Virus record (IMG/VR): IMGVR_UViG_3300010397_000007
Span: 5,042-69,041 of that record
Length of the DNA stretch: 64,000 nt
Strand: one strand, 5' to 3'
Origin: a virus
How positions within the stretch are numbered: position 1 is the stretch's first letter; every line of letters begins with the position of its first letter. The notes beneath the pieces are model-generated. The model did not search any database. It was not told the origin of the DNA and was given only the letters and a program-made list of their open reading frames with translations. Both the position numbers and the translations under genes were made by a program. This document shows, one piece after another, positions 58,167 to 64,000 of the stretch.

Positions 58167-58556
58167 ATGAACAAACTTTGCTGCTTCCTACTTATCTCAA
58201 CCCTCTCCTTCGCTCAACTCCCTGACGGCCCAAAGCCGCAGGCTCCTCCCCATGATCGCCTCTTCAATAAAAAGTTCATCCTCTCCACCGCTGCTCTCTT
58301 TGGCTCTAGCATCTACGACGCTGAAGTGAGTCACGCTGGGATACAGAGGGGGAATTGCTTGGAGGCTTATGGGAATCCACGTTCAAGTAGAGGCCAACTC
58401 TACGCTCGGATGCTCCCGATCGATGGTGTCATCTTTGGATTCGCTCTCCTCATGAGGAAAGGGAGAGTGCCGGTGGCTCCTTATGTCATGTTGCTTGGGG
58501 GAGCTGGGAGACACCTCTATGTAGGGAGTCAGTGGTTTACGGAGGGATGTCTTTAG
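58167..58556 (+). CDS. exported/membrane protein (start MNKLC)
   Basis: Signal peptide ...SFA-QLPDGPKPQ; C.E..GNP; hydrophobic helices. Confidence 0.65.
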   Translation: MNKLCCFLLISTLSFAQLPDGPKPQAPPHDRLFNKKFILSTAALFGSSIYDAEVSHAGIQRGNCLEAYGNPRSSRGQLYARMLPIDGVIFGFALLMRKGRVPVAPYVMLLGGAGRHLYVGSQWFTEGCL

Positions 58557-58858
58557 GTATGTTCAGCAGTAGCCAAGTCGCCTCGATCCTTGGGATCAAA
58601 CTTTGGAAGTTGAATCGCCTCCTCTCTCATTACATGTTGAAATCATCTGGCAGCCTCGGGCAAGGCAGAGGTTCTCGACGAATATTCAACGAAGAGGATG
58701 TTCGACAGATAGCGATTGTAATGTTCCTTAATCGTGACGGTTTCACGCCGAAGCTGGTGAATAAAATGCAGCAGACTAGCGTTGAGGACTTGGTCGCACA
58801 GGCGGTAGAACTTTCTTACAAGCTAAACCTTTCAGCAATTGCCCCCGCCGAGAAATAA
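58547..58858 (+). CDS. MerR-like HTH protein, probable excisionase
   Basis: FSSSQVASILGI...GRGSRRIFNEEDV; directly upstream of the integrase; start uncertain. Confidence 0.65.
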   Translation: MSLGMFSSSQVASILGIKLWKLNRLLSHYMLKSSGSLGQGRGSRRIFNEEDVRQIAIVMFLNRDGFTPKLVNKMQQTSVEDLVAQAVELSYKLNLSAIAPAEK

Positions 58859-58931
58859 CATGGCATCCTTAGACCACTCTTCGATACAATTCCCTCTGGC
58901 CGTCGGATCATTAGGTGAAAGAAGGAACCTG

Positions 58932-60062
58932 ATGGCACGCAGACGTTATCAGAGAGGAACTTTGATTCAGGAGGGGAAGACGCCGACATGGAAGGCAAGG
59001 TATCTGGAGGACGTTGTCCTTGCCAATGGAACGCGGAAGCGAGTCCACAAGAAAGTTGTACTCGGTGGGCTCAAGGAGTATCCAACAAGACGCCTCGCGA
59101 TGCGAGCAATGGAGCAAGTCATTGCGGAGGTTAATAGCCTTAGCTATAAGCCAAAGCACCTCATCTCCTTCTCCTCCTTCGCTGACAAATGGGAAGCGAT
59201 GGTAATGCCTAATCACAAGCCCTCGACTCAAGCGGTGGAACGGGGACAGGTGAAGGCTTTGAAAGGATGGTTTGGAGAGATGGCGATTGGGGAAATTGAG
59301 ACGGAGATCTTGCAGCACTGGATTACATCTCTCCGCTTAAGCCCGAAGACGGTTAGGAACTTTGTGGCAACGCTACGCATGATGTGGAAGAGTGCGAGGG
59401 CTTGGGGCTACGTGAAGACTAATCCCTTCGAGGACTTGATCCTGCCGGCTCGCGGGCTAGCGAAGGCTCCTTCTCTCTCACCAGAGCAAGCGAGAGAGGT
59501 TATACGGAGGGCAGAGGAACCGTACAAGACGATGTTCTGGATTGTCGCTGAGACGGGGATGCGAGGTGGGGAAGTTTGTGGCCTGAGGGTGGAGGATATC
59601 GACATTGCCTCTCGCACCATTCATATCAGGCAGAGCGCTTGGAATGGCAAGGTGCAGACACCTAAGACCGCTAACGCTATCCGTCACTTCATCATCTCAG
59701 CTCAACTTGCTGCGCATATCTCCACTGGCGTCAGGCCGATCGCTGGCTTGATGTTCAGCGTCAACGGTCATGCGATGGATAACCATAACGTCGTGCAGAA
59801 GCATTTGAGACCTATCCTTCAGGACATGAAAGTGTATGAGCCGAGGATGGGGCTCCATAGCTTCCGGCATGGAAACTGTAGCGCCATGGATAGCTTGGGG
59901 ACGCCGGCTAAGGTTAGGCAAGAGAGGGTAGGCCACGCGGACTTTAAGACTACGATGGGCTACACGCACGCATTCTCCCAGGATCACCGCGAGGTTGCGG
60001 ATAAGCTTGGGACGATGTTTGATCCTGGCCATGACAGTAGTCTTGGCCTAGCGGGCGATTAG
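58932..60062 (+). CDS. int: tyrosine integrase (start MARRRYQRG)
   Basis: TGMRGGE, PKT, HSFRH, VGH and YTH catalytic residues; AAGGA RBS. Confidence 0.92.
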   Translation: MARRRYQRGTLIQEGKTPTWKARYLEDVVLANGTRKRVHKKVVLGGLKEYPTRRLAMRAMEQVIAEVNSLSYKPKHLISFSSFADKWEAMVMPNHKPSTQAVERGQVKALKGWFGEMAIGEIETEILQHWITSLRLSPKTVRNFVATLRMMWKSARAWGYVKTNPFEDLILPARGLAKAPSLSPEQAREVIRRAEEPYKTMFWIVAETGMRGGEVCGLRVEDIDIASRTIHIRQSAWNGKVQTPKTANAIRHFIISAQLAAHISTGVRPIAGLMFSVNGHAMDNHNVVQKHLRPILQDMKVYEPRMGLHSFRHGNCSAMDSLGTPAKVRQERVGHADFKTTMGYTHAFSQDHREVADKLGTMFDPGHDSSLGLAGD

Positions 60063-60260
60063 CGTTCTTAACCCTTAACTGTCCCAAATATTTGAAATTT
60101 GGGCAGAATTTTAAGGGTGTATGAAGGTAGGTTACCTTCGGGCTACGGCGGAGAATTGAATAAATCCTGTTGATTCTACGGCCACGTCGTAGCGCGGAAG
60201 GGGTATAAATGGGTGATTTTGGGTTAGTTCTTGGCCCAAGGATTTGCCCAAACGCTTAAG
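60063..60260. other. putative attP region
   Basis: Non-coding DNA after int with repeated CCCAA(A)/TTTGGG arm-type-like boxes near 60083, 60098, 60218, 60235 and 60247. Confidence 0.45.
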
Positions 60261-60285
60261 GGATGAATCGAGAGGGCATCTCTTT

Positions 60286-60312
60286 CTCTGTGAGGTTTTG
60301 TGGCGGAGCCAC
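60286..60312 (-). repeat. Hairpin-CTCACA element copy 13
   Basis: Top strand CTC TGTGAG gtttt GTGGC-GGA-GCCAC. Confidence 0.9.
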
Positions 60313-60369
60313 TATCGTCCATGACGTCCCCTCGTAACATTTAACCTGCTCTATAGCAGACGATTTACC

Positions 60370-60398
60370 TTGACATTTAACGTACGTTAGGCTAGCGT
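60370..60398 (+). promoter_or_regulatory. sigma70-like promoter
   Basis: TTGACA-17 nt-TAGCGT. Confidence 0.6.
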
Positions 60399-60425
60399 TA
60401 GCTTGACTCATGGAAGGAGCGGTAA

Positions 60426-60713
60426 ATGATTCTCTGCTGGATTAAGGGATTCGGTTTGGTGATCGCAGTAGCGGGGACTTTTCTTATTGTATTGATCCTA
60501 ATTTGCAGCATCTTTGTAGGAGCCTTCTACCTACTTGACAAGATCAATTGCCCTCGAACGATTCAGACGATCGGGGGCGTTGCATTTAAGGCCTTGGTTA
60601 CATTGATCCTCTGCTGCTTCGTATTGATGTTCACGATCGTGGCAAAGGATAACGTTTGCCAGCGCGGATTTTTCAATGGCTATATTCATGCCGTGAAATC
60701 GTTTGGGAAGTAG
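60426..60713 (+). CDS. two-TM membrane protein
   Basis: AAGGAG RBS, two hydrophobic helices. Confidence 0.7.
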   Translation: MILCWIKGFGLVIAVAGTFLIVLILICSIFVGAFYLLDKINCPRTIQTIGGVAFKALVTLILCCFVLMFTIVAKDNVCQRGFFNGYIHAVKSFGK

Positions 60714-60727
60714 GGGAGGAGACGCCG

Positions 60728-61147
60728 ATGAATGAAGCTAAGCCGCCAACGATGAAGCAACACTTTGTAACATTTTTATCGCCGGGAACTTTTATGGCCG
60801 AGGATTCGACAAAGCCCATTGATAGCTGGGATATCGAACAGGCCAAGAAAATGGCCGAATCAATCACCGAGCGCTACAACGCCATTCCATACTGTTTTTA
60901 TTTCACAACTAGAGAGCGCGGCGAAAAAGACCTTGATTCTCACGAGACCAAACGCAGCGGGAATTATTATCTGCCGCACTGCAAGGTCGAAACTCTGGCC
61001 GAAGTGAAGAAGCGCAACGATCCCAAGGAAAGAATCCTGTTATCGAACATGGAAGGCAATGGCTACAAAAAGGTTGTAACTACAACTAAAGGTTGGAAAT
61101 GGACGCAGCCGTTCGAGGAGAAAGACGTTCTTTTGGAGGCCCAATGA
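60728..61147 (+). CDS. conserved phage hypothetical protein (start MNEAK)
   Basis: FVTFLSPGTF.AE, PYCFYF.TR, SG.YYL, IL.SNM..N. Confidence 0.75.
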   Translation: MNEAKPPTMKQHFVTFLSPGTFMAEDSTKPIDSWDIEQAKKMAESITERYNAIPYCFYFTTRERGEKDLDSHETKRSGNYYLPHCKVETLAEVKKRNDPKERILLSNMEGNGYKKVVTTTKGWKWTQPFEEKDVLLEAQ

Positions 61148-61389
61148 ACCCTTCCACCCCCACCCCAGCGCCGATATTTCTGGATTTTTATGTTGAGACT
61201 GGAAACCCGAAGATGTTAGATGCGACAGTTCAGCAACTTGGCGCTGCCGCCATTATTCAGGAAGGCGAGGAATATTTTCGGGAAAACGGTCACTATGTCA
61301 TGCGAATTTTCGGCAATCCGGGCTTCATCAAATTTGCCTGTGAAAATCAAGGCTATTGCCGAATTGTCGGAGAAAGGAATCCCCGATGA
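61144..61389 (+). CDS. hypothetical protein
   Basis: GGAGG RBS, ATGA overlap. Confidence 0.65.
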   Translation: MNPSTPTPAPIFLDFYVETGNPKMLDATVQQLGAAAIIQEGEEYFRENGHYVMRIFGNPGFIKFACENQGYCRIVGERNPR

Positions 61390-61592
61390 CCGCTAAAGCG
61401 CCCACCCCAGCCCAGCCGCCCCGAATGGCGCGCTACCGCGAACTTTGCCAAACGTTCTGCATCAATTGCGGGTATTTCATTTGCGTTGCAGCGAAAGCGG
61501 CCAAGTTTTCAGGAGTATTGTGCTGCCGAAAATGCGGATGGGAATGTGTATTTTCTGATTCTTCGGAGCCAATTGAATGGAGGCATGCATGA
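61386..61592 (+). CDS. Zn-ribbon protein
   Basis: CINCG...CRKCG. Confidence 0.65.
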   Translation: MTAKAPTPAQPPRMARYRELCQTFCINCGYFICVAAKAAKFSGVLCCRKCGWECVFSDSSEPIEWRHA

Positions 61593-62167
61593 ATTGCACC
61601 AAATGCGGACGGCCAAAACTGACAGCCGCGAGCACCGTGGCATCCGGATTTCTCCGACAATTTCCTGACTACTATTGCTTGTGTATGGAACCCCTGAGCA
61701 CCTCACCGGAGAATCCCTGTGAGACGCCGCAGGATGAGAAGTTTGTAGATGAATTCCGGCAAGCCATCATTAACGGCGGAACTGACAAACACGCCGCAGA
61801 TCGTATCGTGAAAATTCTGCGGGAAAAGTTACCGCTGGCCGCCCTGCGCTCCTCTGGGATGGCTGCGCCGCTGTGCAAGATTCTAAGAAGCATTCTTCTA
61901 GTCGGCGGAGGGGAATTTGCCAACGAAGCGATGGCTTGCTATTGCGGCAGCGTCGAAAACGCCGATGGCACGGACGTGGATGAAGCAGCCAAATGCTTAG
62001 TTTGCAAAGCATGGGACGCAATCGAAAATTATGAGGCTGCGCTGACCTCTGGGATGGGGCAGGAGCCGCCTCGTGTCCCTTATCCCGGCTCATACATAGG
62101 CAGAGAAGAAGTAGAAGAGTTGCACAAACGAGTCGAGGCGCGGACAGCCAAGCCGGAGGAGAAATAG
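61589..62167 (+). CDS. modular Cys-rich hypothetical protein
   Basis: ATGA-coupled ORF. Confidence 0.65.
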   Translation: MNCTKCGRPKLTAASTVASGFLRQFPDYYCLCMEPLSTSPENPCETPQDEKFVDEFRQAIINGGTDKHAADRIVKILREKLPLAALRSSGMAAPLCKILRSILLVGGGEFANEAMACYCGSVENADGTDVDEAAKCLVCKAWDAIENYEAALTSGMGQEPPRVPYPGSYIGREEVEELHKRVEARTAKPEEK

Positions 62168-62168
62168 C

Positions 62169-62420
62169 GTGATGAACTTATGGCAGCGTTATACGAATGA
62201 CCCGGCATTTTACCAGCTTGTCCGGTTGATGCTGGCCGAGATTGAGCGCGGGCAGTTTACCCCAACTGAGATTCGGGAAGCTGCGATGCTGGCTCAGATT
62301 GACTATGAATCTCGGCACCCACGGCCAATAATATTCAGCCGAGAAGATGTAATGCGCTGGAAATCAGAGGCCGATACGTCTACAGAGGGGAAGGACGCCG
62401 ATAAGGAGCAGGGGGAATGA
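62169..62420 (+). CDS. hypothetical protein
   Basis: RY.NDP.F..LV...TP.E.REAA.LA. Confidence 0.7.
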   Translation: MMNLWQRYTNDPAFYQLVRLMLAEIERGQFTPTEIREAAMLAQIDYESRHPRPIIFSREDVMRWKSEADTSTEGKDADKEQGE

Positions 62421-62632
62421 GCAAACGTAAATTAGTTATGTGGGCTGGATTCGAGAGCGGCGAAATTTACCGCGAACCGTTTAACAGCGTCCACGATGGC
62501 TATGGGAACATTCCGTCTCGACCCGTCGTGTTGTTCTCGAATAAGCAACATGCCTGCACGCGATTTGAGGATGTGCGGCGCGTGGAAATTCGGGAAATCA
62601 AGCGGGGAAGGATGGACAAAGTAAATGGGTGA
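62417..62632 (+). CDS. hypothetical protein
   Basis: Coupled ORF. Confidence 0.65.
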   Translation: MSKRKLVMWAGFESGEIYREPFNSVHDGYGNIPSRPVVLFSNKQHACTRFEDVRRVEIREIKRGRMDKVNG

Positions 62633-62939
62633 CCTCAGAGACAAGATACAAGACGCTTCGGAATGGGATGACGAACGAGGCCGTTACATCGTTCCTTTGG
62701 ACGATGCGGACAAAATCATAGCCGATTATGAATCTAGCGGGGCCACCCATCCCCAGGACGAGCGGGAAGCGTTTGAGGAATGGGCAATTCAAGGGCTATT
62801 CGCCGGACACGTCAGCCACAAGCATGTATTTTTAGCGCGTAATCCTCACGGCAGATACGTTTACGACAGTGCGCAGCAGGCATGGCAAGGTTGGCAAGCG
62901 AGAGCCGCTCTGGCCTCACGGATAAGGGAGAGAGGATAA
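62625..62939 (+). CDS. hypothetical protein
   Basis: DEREAFEEW...AWQGWQARA phage module. Confidence 0.7.
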   Translation: MGDLRDKIQDASEWDDERGRYIVPLDDADKIIADYESSGATHPQDEREAFEEWAIQGLFAGHVSHKHVFLARNPHGRYVYDSAQQAWQGWQARAALASRIRERG

Positions 62940-62943
62940 AGGC

Positions 62944-63201
62944 ATGAACATAATTGTCACTAAACGTGATGGCGATATTGAATGCATAACCCTGACTGAA
63001 CCGATTTTAGTAGTGCGTTCGCCGAAAATGAACGTACTACTAACAGCTACCGGAACCTCTCATTTCTTCGACAGTGAAGGCTATTACGATGGATGGGGAA
63101 TGCAACTCGGTCAAGGTGTTCCACAGGAAGACGCTTATAAAATCGCCATACAAACACAGAAAGATCAAGAAGTGGAGAAATCGGCCAGCGATGAAAAGTA
63201 A
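62944..63201 (+). CDS. hypothetical protein
   Basis: ORF in operon. Confidence 0.65.
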   Translation: MNIIVTKRDGDIECITLTEPILVVRSPKMNVLLTATGTSHFFDSEGYYDGWGMQLGQGVPQEDAYKIAIQTQKDQEVEKSASDEK

Positions 63202-63337
63202 GCCGAGGCGCAAGTTCTACTTCGCTTGGCAATGGCCGATGCGATTCGGCATCGAGAAAATATTCTACGATGAGATGCATACGGTATTCAATTTCGGGCT
63301 GATTCAATTCGAGTATTTTTGAGGCGAGGTAACTAAG

Positions 63338-63517
63338 ATGGCTGACCAAGAAGTTTTGCAACTTGCGATTGATCGCCTAATGATTGCTGTGACGCAGCTT
63401 ATCTATGACGATCCGCACGGCTGGAGTAATCGGCCTTGCCCGACTTGTAAGGCTGTGAGCGGCATTACAGGCAAACCCTTTGGTTGCTATCTCTATCAAC
63501 AGAAGCGAGATCAATGA
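63338..63517 (+). CDS. 59-aa hypothetical protein
   Basis: GAGG RBS; DPHGWS.RPCPTC...PFGC. Confidence 0.6.
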   Translation: MADQEVLQLAIDRLMIAVTQLIYDDPHGWSNRPCPTCKAVSGITGKPFGCYLYQQKRDQ

Positions 63518-64000
63518 TGACTGCCTCACTACGGAAGCTGGCGGAGCAAATCGAGAAATGGTTCAAGATGCAGCCAGATTGCACGCATTTGAAGCCTGCC
63601 CATGCACATAAATTGGCCGAATTCTTAAAACAGACCGCCTCCCATCTCCAGCCACAAGCGCCGAGTGAGCGCTGGATAAGTGTTGGAGAGTATTTGCCCG
63701 ATCCGAATTGGTATGGGCTCATTTGCACATCAGAGCGACATATTGAAGAAGCATATTTTCGTCGTGACCCGATTGGGCCGCTAGAACTTAAAACATGCTG
63801 GCATTTAACGCACACGGATAGCTATGGCGACCTGATCGAATTAGACCTCCAGCAAGTAACACACTGGAGGCCGCTGCCAGCTCTCCCACCGATTGACGAT
63901 AAAACTAACCCTTACGAATACTGCGTAATCTGCGGGAATCACGTAACTGTCGGATGTGATGGACATGATTTTGATCACGGGCTGGCCGAGTCCGCTTCCA
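63514..64000 (+). CDS. DUF551-domain protein (runs off the window end)
   Basis: RWISV.E.LP...VTHWRPLP. Confidence 0.7.
   Translation, partial: MMTASLRKLAEQIEKWFKMQPDCTHLKPAHAHKLAEFLKQTASHLQPQAPSERWISVGEYLPDPNWYGLICTSERHIEEAYFRRDPIGPLELKTCWHLTHTDSYGDLIELDLQQVTHWRPLPALPPIDDKTNPYEYCVICGNHVTVGCDGHDFDHGLAESAS

Noticed and set aside
463-60312. Reading the dispersed elements as CRISPR repeats, terminators or N4 vRNAP promoters
   Set aside because: They are not arrayed with spacers and lack U-tracts. No RNA polymerase gene is seen, and orientation is unrelated to gene direction. The promoter idea is kept only as a minor alternative.
1-64000. tRNA, rRNA, CRISPR array, IS transposase or reverse transcriptase/DGR
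   Set aside because: None was recognised by eye. A tRNAscan or HMM run could still find divergent cases.

Overview
This 64 kb window is almost certainly most of the genome of a temperate, podovirus-like tailed dsDNA phage. The host is inferred to be Acidobacteriota from the style of the integrase and accessory proteins. The + strand carries replication genes at 1-10 kb: a RepB-like primase, an SF1 helicase, a PolA split by an HNH-AP2 gene, a metallophosphoesterase and a dNMP kinase. The - strand carries the late operon at about 49-10 kb: terminase, portal, methyltransferase/glycosyltransferase, scaffold, major capsid, adaptor, nozzle, ejection proteins, four signal-peptide-bearing fibre/depolymerase proteins and a DUF2778 lysis cassette. 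Early/accessory genes lie at 50-64 kb, with DUF932, a RepA-like AAA helicase next to a putative origin, and an excisionase plus tyrosine integrase. Main discoveries: (1) 13 dispersed copies of a structured DNA element, a 5-bp covarying stem closed by C-GGA-G followed 5 nt later by CTCACA(R). Twelve of them form convergent pairs roughly every 10 kb, and my best model is that they are single-strand priming sites for an IncQ/RSF1010-like RepA/RepB replication system. (2) Two tandem type II hammerhead ribozymes that would excise a single-ORF RNA able to circularise. (3) A PolA with a coordinately rewritten active-site and minor-groove network. (4) Cys-rich tail-position proteins with Sec signal peptides. 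All product calls come from motif recognition by eye; no searches were run.
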